Shown one piece after another: positions 25,464 to 35,700 of a stretch of 54,707 bases of DNA (position 1 is its first letter; the number at the start of each line of letters is the position of its first letter). The DNA lies in the IMG/VR virus record IMGVR_UViG_3300025809_000025, positions 1-54,707 of that record; one strand, given 5' to 3'. Made by a program: the position numbers and the translations under genes. This stretch comes from a virus. Lineage: Duplodnaviria; Caudoviricetes. The notes beneath the pieces were generated by a model, which saw nothing but the letters and a program-made list of their open reading frames with translations, was not told the origin of the DNA and made no database searches.

Positions 25464-25865
25464 ATGCCTCTAAGAATTACCCGAAGAGCTAACTCCGTCT
25501 TTTATGGCGGAGAAAGCCTTGACCCCGACGACCTCGAAGGCACTTTCGATCATCGAGTTTGGGTTCGCGGTGTAGTGGACTTGGACGGCAGACATGAGGC
25601 GATCCTTAACGTGCATACCAAACGTAAAGGGCATCAGGACCATGTATTAACTGCTGGGGATGAAGGTCTTCAGCTTACTGATTCTGTGTTTGTCGAGATG
25701 ACAGGTGTACAGCCGTATTTTGTAAAACCCCAAGTAACGTGCCCTGAATGCGGACGATCTGATGGAGTAGGGGCTAAGCCCTTTATGTTGCCATCAGCGA
25801 AGCTGCTAGTAGGAGCACCCCGAAACTACCAAATAGTGCGTGATGACGCGAGGAAAAAGAAATGA
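25464..25865 (+). CDS. CsrA/RsmA-like RNA-binding protein (extended, possible tandem repeat)
   Basis: N-terminal LRITRR....F.GG matches CsrA LILTRR.GE...IG; C-terminal AKLLVGAPRNYQIVRDD matches VRIGVNAPKEVSVHREE; about twice CsrA length. Confidence 0.6.
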   Translation: MPLRITRRANSVFYGGESLDPDDLEGTFDHRVWVRGVVDLDGRHEAILNVHTKRKGHQDHVLTAGDEGLQLTDSVFVEMTGVQPYFVKPQVTCPECGRSDGVGAKPFMLPSAKLLVGAPRNYQIVRDDARKKK

Positions 25866-26122
25866 GTGAACAACCACAAATTATCTCTATCGATAATACC
25901 CCTTACTTAATTGATGACCTAAGTGATCTGTGTAAAGAGCAACTTAACCTAGCACAGGCAGGCAGCCAAGCCCTTGGGCAAAAGCAAGCTGAAGCTAAGC
26001 TCTTACAGATGGGTCTTGACGTTGCGCTTAGTGAAGCTAAGAAATTGTTGCCTGAACCTTATCAAGCTGAAGCTGCTGAAGAAGCAGACGAAGATGTTGA
26101 AGTGGTAGATAACCGCCACTAA
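25862..26122 (+). CDS. Acidic hypothetical protein
   Basis: IISIDNTPYLIDDLSD..KEQL motif; ATGA overlap. Confidence 0.7.
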   Translation: MSEQPQIISIDNTPYLIDDLSDLCKEQLNLAQAGSQALGQKQAEAKLLQMGLDVALSEAKKLLPEPYQAEAAEEADEDVEVVDNRH

Positions 26123-26243
26123 GGCTCCCCTAGAGGGTTAGGGCGTTCCCTCCTCACGTCCTTTTATAGCAGGCTTGGTCTACCTGTCCCTCGAGAACAG
26201 ACCTTTTTATTAGGGCATACGAGTGTTAATCTAACATTGCGGT

Positions 26244-27185
26244 ATGTCTCTGTTCATGGAGACGAATATGAAGCTAACATTTAAAGAAATAACTGATCGC
26301 TATCTTCTGCAACCAACAGATCATAACGATGAGAAGCAGAGAACCACGGTCATAGTGGCTAATAACCTTGTTAAGGTGTTTGGCTCTAAGCCGATAAAGT
26401 CTTTCGAGAAGATCGCTCTAATCGATAACTTTATAGAGAATCTGCGAGTACAACCATCTAGGAGGAATATAGGTCACAGAGTCAGCAACAGCTGGGTAAA
26501 CAAGCACATCATAACTGTGCGTGCCATTCTTAACTATGCTTATAGCAAAGAGCATATCCAAAGAGTGCCGAAGTTGTCGGTGTATCCTGAAAAGAAAAGC
26601 AAAGTTTTCCTAAAGCCAGAGCAGGTTCTAAAACTTATAGATAGCTTAGATGACTTAAGAGCAAGCATGGTTAGGTTTGGTGTAGCAACTGGGCTACGCA
26701 AATCAAACATAAGGCTTCTGAAGTGGGATCAAATAGAGCCAGATTTTTCAGCTCTACTTGTTGACGGTGATGATGCCAAGATGGGTGAAGAGATTCGCAT
26801 ACCTCTGAACAGTGATGCTCAGAAAGTTTTGCGGGAAAGGAAAGCCATCAACGATTCTTTAATTAAGAAACATAAGTACCTTAACAACGGAATCGATTAT
26901 GTGTTTGTGCAACAAGTAGGTGGAGGTACTAAGGTGGGCAAAGTTCTGGGTGAGATCACTAATCGCACTTGGAGAAATGCTTGTAACAAAGCAGGAATGC
27001 CAGCCAAGACAACCTTCCATACTATGCGTCACACATTCGCCAGCTGGCACATTGAGAACGGGACGAGCGAGATGATTCTTATGGAGTTAGGGGGGTGGAA
27101 AGATCGTACTTCATTGCAACGATATGCCCATTTAAACCAAGCCCAAAGACAGGTCGCATCGTCAAATATTGAAGGAATAATTTAA
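26244..27185 (+). CDS. int: Tyrosine integrase (start may be 26268)
   Basis: ATGLRKSNI..LKW, FHTMRHTFASW, ELGGW, RYAH catalytic motifs; adjacent to a tRNA fragment. Confidence 0.92.
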   Translation: MSLFMETNMKLTFKEITDRYLLQPTDHNDEKQRTTVIVANNLVKVFGSKPIKSFEKIALIDNFIENLRVQPSRRNIGHRVSNSWVNKHIITVRAILNYAYSKEHIQRVPKLSVYPEKKSKVFLKPEQVLKLIDSLDDLRASMVRFGVATGLRKSNIRLLKWDQIEPDFSALLVDGDDAKMGEEIRIPLNSDAQKVLRERKAINDSLIKKHKYLNNGIDYVFVQQVGGGTKVGKVLGEITNRTWRNACNKAGMPAKTTFHTMRHTFASWHIENGTSEMILMELGGWKDRTSLQRYAHLNQAQRQVASSNIEGII

Positions 27186-27208
27186 TCATAAACATAATCT
27201 ATCAGCTG

Positions 27209-27322
27209 TAACCTATTGATAAATAAAGAAATGGTGCCGGAAAGAGGACTTGAACCTCCGACCAATTGCTTACGAAGCAACTGCTTTATACTATTTTTTT
27301 ATTCAATTAAATCAATAACTTA
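27209..27322. mobile_element. attP: 3' half of tRNA-Thr(CGT) (27232-27285, minus strand) flanked by IHF sites
   Basis: Minus strand GTTGC-TTCGTAA-GCAAT anticodon arm, GGAGG-TTCAAGT-CCTCT T-arm, TTCCGGC-A-CCA end; no D-arm or 5' acceptor strand. IHF consensus WATCAANNNNTTR at 27209-27221 (minus) and 27310-27322 (plus). Confidence 0.88.
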
Positions 27323-27368
27323 CAGATTCATGCCGCAAGGTTATAGCTGGTAATATTGAGGGAAAACA

Positions 27369-27557
27369 ATGGATATAAAGAAAGCAATTAGAGACGCCAA
27401 CGACTTCGCTGATGAAGCAATAGCTGACACTTGTGGAGACTTAAAGAGTATCGAAGCCACCACAAAGAGATGGATGAACGCAGGAACATACAACCTACAG
27501 AACAAGCATTTGTTTGGGTGGTTTGTTGTTACTGTAGCTCTCTGTTTAGTGTTTTGA
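27369..27557 (+). CDS. Small protein with C-terminal TM helix
   Basis: 62 aa, GAGGG RBS, hydrophobic end LFGWFVVTVALCLVF. Confidence 0.55.
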   Translation: MDIKKAIRDANDFADEAIADTCGDLKSIEATTKRWMNAGTYNLQNKHLFGWFVVTVALCLVF

Positions 27558-27660
27558 TATACCAAAAAAACATGGAGCAGATTGCAAATATTCATTAGCC
27601 GTTAAGCTAAAACAACACTACAATGCGCCCTCACTTTAATTGAGAGTAAGGATTTTTGTA

Positions 27661-27735
27661 ATGGTTGTTATGTGTGCTTGTGTTCTAGCTGGTCTTTGTC
27701 TTATCGCTTACAACGATCTAACCGATTCACTTTAA
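27661..27735 (+). CDS. Possible 24-aa hydrophobic peptide
   Basis: MVVMCACVLAGLCLIAYNDLTDSL with TAAGGA RBS and an upstream TACAAT. Confidence 0.35.
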   Translation: MVVMCACVLAGLCLIAYNDLTDSL

Positions 27736-28203
27736 TGGATTAGAGACGTAGTCAAGCGCCTCCCAAACAGAATCTAAATCCCTTCCGATTGCCTGAATCC
27801 TCTTGTCAATATCTTCGCTCTTAGCTGTAATTAGTTCAGCCTGCTTGACCGTGGACTTCATGGTCTCAATGTCTTTCTCAAGATCGGTGACCTTTGTCTT
27901 GATGTCTAGTAGACCAGACTGCTGATCCTTAATGGTCACGAGGTTTACGCCCAGCTCTGCCAGCTTACCTTGCAGCTGACTTACATCATTTGCTTTAAGC
28001 TCTTGCTCAACTAGCAGGACCTTTTCTTCTAGTGGGGCGATGTCTGGAATCTTCTTTGATTCGACTGCCTCTAATCGGCTATACAATGAGCTTGCCGTCC
28101 AGACACCACCGCCAAGAGTGGTTGCAAGGCTTAGCAGTATGGCGATGTAGACGCCCTTAAAAGACGTTCCGCCTATCGTTAATTCAGTTTCAGCTAAACT
28201 CAT
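27727..28203 (-). CDS. Membrane-anchored coiled-coil protein
   Basis: N-terminal TM (YIAILLSLATTLGGGVW) followed by a long heptad region. Confidence 0.7.
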   Translation of the reverse strand: MSLAETELTIGGTSFKGVYIAILLSLATTLGGGVWTASSLYSRLEAVESKKIPDIAPLEEKVLLVEQELKANDVSQLQGKLAELGVNLVTIKDQQSGLLDIKTKVTDLEKDIETMKSTVKQAELITAKSEDIDKRIQAIGRDLDSVWEALDYVSNPLK

Positions 28204-29084
28204 TACCCACCTGACTCTGTAGATTCATCGCATTCGTTACCATAAACAAAGCACTGGTAACCCAAGTTTGTCGGACCAGTGATATAAAGCTCTGACTCTT
28301 GACCCGCCAAAAGAACGTCGGAACCAGAGAGGTACAGGTTTAGACCGAATTGATCTGTGCCATTTAAGAACACGCTGCTCTGCTCAAGCATTCTTGTATT
28401 AGTCTGCCACGTAAGCGTGACCGCCTGACTGCCAGAGCTATAAGCTAGATTGCTTTCTTCTACTCGTAGGTTTCTGTCCGCAGCTTCACCCTCAAGAAAC
28501 GCAACCGCTTCTGGGCTTGCCGCAACACCTAAGAACGCACCAGCATTGTTGGCATGAGTTTCGATGTCGTCGAGGCTTTGGTTGTACGTATCTGCATCGT
28601 CCTGATCAATGGTCAGGGACTCAATATTGTCTGCAACAAATTGTTGGACTTCAGCTTCATCGTCAGGGGTTGCTGCTGTCTCTGCTATTTCCGCGACATT
28701 CTGAACAGCAATCATCGCCACAACAACATCAGTGAATGCACCTATTGCCGCATCCATCAGCTCTAGCTCAGCCGCTGCCTGCTCTTCAAGATAGTCCACG
28801 GCACTACCGTAAGGCTGATAGCTTTGCATGCCCGACAGTGCGGCGTTATACGCCTGTACTTGCTCTGAGCTGATATGAGCAGTCCCAGCTAGAGAGCCAT
28901 CAGAAATACCAGCCCCAGTGTAAGCATAGCCTTGTGCTGCACCAGCAAGCATGATTCCTTTGTCCATCTGATCAACAATGGCAGATGATGCCGATATCAA
29001 ATTATCTAGCTCACTGCCGTTTGCGCCGGAACTTATCGCTAACAGACTCGCTAGAGCCGCTGTCTGTAATTTCCTCTGCTTCAT
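28203..29084 (-). CDS. Signal-peptide-bearing acidic helical protein
   Basis: MKQRKLQTAALASLLAISSGANG signal peptide; 293 aa. Confidence 0.7.
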   Translation of the reverse strand: MKQRKLQTAALASLLAISSGANGSELDNLISASSAIVDQMDKGIMLAGAAQGYAYTGAGISDGSLAGTAHISSEQVQAYNAALSGMQSYQPYGSAVDYLEEQAAAELELMDAAIGAFTDVVVAMIAVQNVAEIAETAATPDDEAEVQQFVADNIESLTIDQDDADTYNQSLDDIETHANNAGAFLGVAASPEAVAFLEGEAADRNLRVEESNLAYSSGSQAVTLTWQTNTRMLEQSSVFLNGTDQFGLNLYLSGSDVLLAGQESELYITGPTNLGYQCFVYGNECDESTESGG

Positions 29085-29721
29085 TTTCTGCTCCTATACC
29101 TAATATTGAGTTGTACCACTTCTGGGTATCGCTGTATTTGTTGACTGGTGGCTTCTTACTAAAGGTTGCGTGCCTATAAACCTTGACCTCTCCGTAATCT
29201 GGAATATAGAGAGACGGCTGCATCTTCATTAATAAAAATGCGCGGCGACCAACAACCAACCTACCACCCTTGATTACAGGGCACGGAGTTCCAGAAACAA
29301 ACATCGCTCTAAACACCGCCTCGTCTGCACACATGACGGAGATTGCTGCGACCTTCATACCGAGGTCACTGAGCACCTTGGCATTCCTACGCCTATTACA
29401 GTACTCATCTACCTTGTAATTGCCCGATGTGTATCCGACTATGCCTGTCTGAATACTGCTGCCAGTACCCTGCAAGCACGTCTCAAGCCCGTTAGACATA
29501 TAGCTAGGTGCTATAGCGCTGCCAACTGGCATGTCAGATGAGCTTCCTGCGCCGTTGTAAGTGTTGCTGGTACTGTGATCCGTGCTGTTGTTATTGCTGC
29601 TCACCGTAGAGTCGACGGTATTCGTATTTAACGAACCATCCTGATTGTTCTCGCTATTAGTTGACTCTTCGCCAAAAGCAATTGACGTGAGTAACAGTGC
29701 TGCTGCACCTAAAGCTCTCAC
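29011..29721 (-). CDS. Signal-peptide-bearing Cys-containing protein
   Basis: Probable GTG start at 29721 (MRALGAAALLLTSIAFG); Asn/Ser-rich linker; SAIAPS...CLQG...C.RR..AK.L..LGMKVAA...C...GTPCP. Confidence 0.7.
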   Translation of the reverse strand: MRALGAAALLLTSIAFGEESTNSENNQDGSLNTNTVDSTVSSNNNSTDHSTSNTYNGAGSSSDMPVGSAIAPSYMSNGLETCLQGTGSSIQTGIVGYTSGNYKVDEYCNRRRNAKVLSDLGMKVAAISVMCADEAVFRAMFVSGTPCPVIKGGRLVVGRRAFLLMKMQPSLYIPDYGEVKVYRHATFSKKPPVNKYSDTQKWYNSILGIGAENEAEEITDSGSSESVSDKFRRKRQ

Positions 29722-29722
29722 G

Positions 29723-32700
29723 TTAGTCCCTAATTCCCTTCTCTGCCTTTCGATACATCTTGTTGTACAGGTCAAATATCTTGTTCTCATTCTCGAGCAG
29801 CTTGTCCAATAGTTCTCTGCGACGCTCCTCTGGAATATCCTGACGCTCTACCAACTTACGAGTCTTGGAGATATTTCTTAAATCTCGGTTAGACATCTTG
29901 TATAGGCTGTTACGTCCTCCCTCAATTACGGGTATGAACGATTGATACTTATTTCTAAGCTGAACTAACTCGCCTTGATCTCCAGCCTCAACAGCATCTT
30001 TTAGTTTTGCCTCTATCTTTCTAGATTCATCCCAGTTGGCATAGAACTCAAATCGATCTTCGTACTCCGAAGGGCTTTCAAAGAATGTTCCGACAATAGG
30101 TAGGTCTTGCTTTCTAAAATCTTCGTCAGCCATCATTCTTGCCGAAACATCTGAAGACTGACTTACAAAGCGACCTACGCCCCCAAGGAAGTACTCATAT
30201 ACATACTCCATCTTGTCTGGGTTCATAGATACAAACCCGTCGGTGTACTTATCCCCGCCTGTAGCATCGTTAAGGAACTCAGCAGCGGCAGTGAATGCTT
30301 TATCTGTAGATCTTCTAGAGTTGTAAGCGTTAGATCGCTCAACAATAAACGGATTCTGCTCAATGTATATGTCGCTGCCAAAGAAGTTCTTGTTAGCCAG
30401 CATGTCTAAGTGAACCTCTAGAAGGTCAGGATAGAATCCTCGCATCTGTTCTTCCCAGCTATCGCCACTGGACGGTGCAACAGGAACAAAGTTTAGAAGT
30501 AAGTTTTCCCATAAGTACAATGCGGACTCCTCTGGAGTGTTGACCCCAAAAGACATTTCGACACCCAGTCTGCCTATGTTGGTAAAGAAGTTGTAACCAT
30601 ATGAAGCAGGCAAAGCGAAGCCTTCGTCACTGTTATACATAAACAATAATGAACGGTTCTTCGCATGCTCAGGCAAATCTGCATAAACCTTCTCATCATC
30701 ATCATCATCATCAGACATAAGAATATTAATGGCGGCTAATGTACCGCCCAAAGCAATCAGACCAGCAGCAGTTTTTTGTGCCGTTGTGGCTTTTCCTGTA
30801 TCACTACTTAGAGCTTGAGCTATGTTTACGTTACCCTGTACCGCAGCATTGAAGAACAAGAATCCTGCATTGACTACTGCGGTGTTCTCACCCTTACGAT
30901 TAAAGTTTACTGTAAGATCTTTTGCTAAAGTTGCAGCTGTTTCTCTGTCAGTTCCAGCTTTTCTTGCCTCAACATATGCAGATAAACGTACAGAGTTTTC
31001 CATTGTGGTATTGAAATCTTCGACCCACTTACCGATAGCTCTCAACGCTTCTCTCGTATAACCTTTCTTTAATTTACTTTTAAGAATTCTTAGCTGTTCG
31101 TCTTGGTCACGAACTAGCATCATGCCTGTGGATGCACCGTCTTCCATAAACTCTGATGCGTACTGATCTAATGTATTTTCTCGAACAGGCTTACCGCGCA
31201 TTACGCGATACATAGATCTCATAGAGGGAAGATAACTCGCAGCCATCTTGCCGATCAGGTTCTCACCCTGAACTCTACTGCCGAGCTTGTCCTTAGATGA
31301 CAGGGCATACATAAGACCAGTCTGAACATCTCGCAACGGGTTAACTAGTCCCCATGAGGGGTTATAGTTTATTAGCATGTTACGTCTAAATGTCTGGAAC
31401 CTAGTTGCTAGGGTTAGCACTTTGCTTACGTCATCGTTAGCTCTGCTTAGCATAGGCACACTCATGTTCTGTAGTGCGTGATTTAAGCTGTCGCTTCTGA
31501 ACTCAATAAAGAATGTCTGACCACCCTTCTTCACCTCTACGTACTTAGGATCGCCATTAGGTCTGATATCCCTAGACATCTGATCAAGATCTTGCATGGT
31601 CAGTTCATCGCTAGGCTTAGGTGGTCTAAACTTATTGTTGTATATCGTGTATGAGTCGCTGTTACCTAGATTGCTTAGAAGGTCTAACAAGGTTTGGGCG
31701 GTTTCATTTTTTCTCGCTCGAATAATTTTTCTCTGCACATCTTCAATGGCGGTAAACAGCGGGTTTACAGGCAATGTCTTTCTGCCTTTAGCCTTCATGC
31801 TCTCGCTACCTACAATAGAGAACCCTCTTGAAGACGAGCTGCGAACGTACTTATCTCCATCTTCCTCAGCGGCAAAACCTTTTAAAGGAACGTAAAACTC
31901 ATAAGTGTCCTCCCAGTCAGCTTTTGATTCACCATCAAGCAAACCGGATTCAACCATGCGATCTCTCTGGAACTGAAGCATTTCGTATACTTTGCCGGCA
32001 ATACGATCCATGTCGGCTTTAGTGCCTTCTCTCTCAGCTAAATTTAAAACGCTTTCAGCTTCAGCATATGTCATGCCAGAACCAGTATCTTGAAATTGAA
32101 GTGGCAAGGTTTTGTATGACTGCAATTTTTCTTGCAGGTTAGCTATCTGAACGGTGTGATCTACCTCAACATCCTCTTGCAGTTTTTCTATCTGGCGCTC
32201 AGTTCGTAAAATGTTGCGCTCTCGTTGAGCTTTTACTTTCTCAGCAATCACGTCATTACGCTCTGCCGCGTGTTTAGCGATAAGGTATATGCCGACAGAA
32301 TCTGGATCGACTTTTAGCTCAGCTATAAGGTCGCCCAAAGGGTCAACGTAATTTTCATGGAAGGCATCAAGATCATTTTGAATCTTGCCATGCGACAAGT
32401 TTTCTTGATCTCTAGCTGATAAGCCAGCCGGAAGTCTACCCTTATCAAGAAAGTCTGCCGCTTGGTTTTCGAAATCTTCTAGGGGAGCGTAACGATCTAC
32501 TAACGACCTATATATCTTCTTGCCTTTAAGTCTTCTAGCAAGATCGGACTGTCCGTCTATTTCGTCGTTGTAGCTAAATCGATTTGTTGAGGGGGTGCCA
32601 TCGTCAAGAGTATTATTCTTGGCGTTGTTAATCTTCTTCTTTACGAAGGAAACTTCTTCTGGGGGTGAGTCTAACTCTTGTCTGGAGACATCGGTGTCGG

Positions 32701-35700
32701 GCTGACTTTGAAGAGTTCCTTCAAAAGCATATTCCCTTTGAGTCGCTTTTCTTCCAGCGTTTTCTTTGAGGATTTCGTCAAGTCTTTCTCTGTTGACTCC
32801 TTCTGCTTCATACCACGGGAATCCTTTGTCATATGTACTTACCTTAAAGTTTTTAGGTAAAACCCCTGCTTTTGGTTTTTTTATCTCATTCAAAAAATTT
32901 CTAAATTCATCGCGAGACAAGCGATAGGGTTCGCCCTTAGAATCATTATATATGAAATAAGGCTCTCCCGCCTCATCTCTTGCGTAGATGGCTCCATAAG
33001 CAAACGTGTTTTGCTTTCCCTCTGGAGCACCCATAAAGGCATATGGGTCGGCATTACCCTCCATGTCTTTTACAATTCCTTGCATGGTTGGGTGAGCTAC
33101 TACCTGTCCTGAGTTTAATACCCAGCTCTCCCAATGATAGCGTCCGACAGAAGCGTCTTCCGGTCTACCAATAGCTTCGTACAACTGACCGACTTTTAAT
33201 GCTAGCGACTTCTCCATAACTTCATATCTAGCAACACCGTGAAGCCCATTAAACTCGTCAGCTATATCATCATAAATAAGCTTTCCGTAACGACCAGAAT
33301 CCCACATTGTGTTTAGCTGTATTCTATCCAAGATAACTACATCATCACGACCAGTCATCAGCATAAGAAATGAAAACACTTTGTTATCAATTCCTGCGTT
33401 CTCAAGCATACCCTGAAATTGTCGGCGCACTTCACTGGTTGGTGTGGATCTATCTTCAATAAGATTGTGCAGCTTTTGAAGCTTGGACACACCCTGCTCA
33501 TCAACCTCTGAAAGCTTTATCATTAGCGAGCCAAATGCATTTGCGTTAGAAGTTCCTCCCTTACCAAAAGATCCTTGAGGTATTAGGTTTGGTACTTTGT
33601 TGCGCCATTCTGCCAGATCATCCTGCGTCACGTTTCCTTGCAAAGCTTTTTCTGAAAGCTCTGACACAGCATTGTTTTTGGTTAATAAGTCTACAAAGGC
33701 GGCTTCTTGCGAACTTGCCGTTAACATGCGAGATAACATTCCCCAAAGCATTAGCTTAGAGGTATGTTCCGGCAAAGCGTTTCCGCTACCGTAAAGCTCT
33801 CCCATCTTATATGCTGTTTGTAGCCCTCTGTCTGCTGCCTCTATTTGCTCTTTAGTTAATCTAGAGTGCGTCTTAGCCCAGAGATCTATGTCGTTATATA
33901 AAGCTATTAACCCGTGCGGCGGTCTAAGAGTTTCATTGCTGCCGGTCAAATCTCGTTCAAATGCCAGCCAACTATCGACTGAGCCTAAAGCATCTGGGTG
34001 TCGATCAACTAACTCTTTTAATAATGGCAGCTGAGCATCAGCATTCTTGGGACTAATTACTTTTGTGATCGCAGAGTTTGGCTTTCCCTTTGCAGATTTT
34101 TCCCTAACATCACCCTCAGAAGTCTGTAGTAAATACTCTGCACCCTTCTTAATAAAGTTAAGGTCGTCAAGATCTGCCGCAGTATCGTCTAGCTGCTTCT
34201 CCTGAACATATTCATAAGAAAGGTAATTGCCGTCTTCGAGTACTACTACATCTTCTGCATCATCTTTTTCAGACAAGATTGACTGCTTAAGGTTTTCAAA
34301 CTGGTTGTCTTCGAGAGATTTAAACTTTGTACGTAACTGCTTTTCAGTTACCGCACCCTTGTCCTGAATAAAGTCCCACGCTTTAAACTCTGTATCTCTC
34401 CCCACATTTGGATCTAAAGGGGTGTTAAAGGAATTTTTTCCCTCCGCAAATAATTTTTCGCGGTGATCAATGATTGTCTGAAGAGCCTCTTTTTTTGTCG
34501 TGCCAAGATAATCATCAAAAATCTTTCCGTCAATAGACTGATAATAAACGCCTTCGCCACCAGAGTTTCTGTCATTAGGCAATGCACCAAACTCTGCATC
34601 AGCCGCATCCTCGTCAAAGTAGACTTGATAGCGATCACCATCAGAAAAAGTGACAGTAAGCGTTCCAGTGTCTTCCCAGTTCTCAGCCTTCTTAAATGCA
34701 GGTTTTTTGGCAGATAAATTTATCGTTACAGGGGTATCTTCAGTAGACTTTATATTGATCAGTTTTGAGACATCGGTTTCTTTACGAAGATCTATGCTTC
34801 CAGACAGGTAACCCCCGCTATATATTCCTCCACGAGAATCACTGTTATCGTCTAGCTTGTAGCTTAAACCGTTTTTATTCTGGTAGCCGTCTCTATAACC
34901 CGCAACATAGTTCTTGCGGTTTCTTTCTGTGTAGTAGCCGTTTTTAGTGCCGAGATCGCCCTGAGCCGCAGTGTAAAGGCGATTACCTCGTTCCGTTTGC
35001 TCAGAAACGGTGAGTCCTTTTACGCTAGGCTTTTGTACATCTGATCGTTCACGTTGCCCAGCTTCTTCTTGGACCTGTCCCGCCACTGAGGTATCGGCTC
35101 TCCCGTCTCCAGTGCTTGCTTCGCCATCTCGTCCAGCTGATTCAGGCTGTACGACCTCGACGCTTCTGGACTCTGGCGGTGCCCGAACTTCTCCTGATAT
35201 GCCTTCAGGTTGGGAGGTGTCTGGGGTGCTGATACTAGTCGGCGCTTCATCGTTTACCTCTACTGCTTGTGCAGTCTGTAAGTTATTGTCTCTTATTTCT
35301 TTTATATAATTATACGCCTGCGGTGCAAGCTCTTGTAGTTCTTTTGGGTTAGAGTGAAACAGCGCTCCTAGCTGAGCGAACACTTCCTCTCTCATTGTTG
35401 AATTTACTTTGGCGTTATCCTTTTCAGGATCTAATATGTGAGCCTGAAGATCGTTAAATGGGTAATCAAATCGCTTACCTAATGCAGACCCTTGCTCCCA
35501 GTTGTCGTAGATCTCCTCCATGATGTCACCCATAACCACTGTAGGCTCATCAATAGATTCGTCAATCTGTATACCAAACCGGCTATCTTTATCACTAAGC
35601 CCCATGGAGAAGTCAGCAGCATGATAGATCTCGTGAGTCATCGTCCAAGCCAACTCACCTAACACGTCTTGATCTGTCATAGATCCGTTAATTAAATCTT

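Noticed and set aside
26133-26165. Pistol ribozyme (GGTTAGGGC loop resemblance)
   Set aside because: Lacks the downstream UUAAAUA and UAAGC...GCG core and the cleavage stem; kept only as a generic pseudoknot.
27232-27285. Functional tRNA-Thr gene
   Set aside because: No D-arm or 5' acceptor strand; it is an att core.
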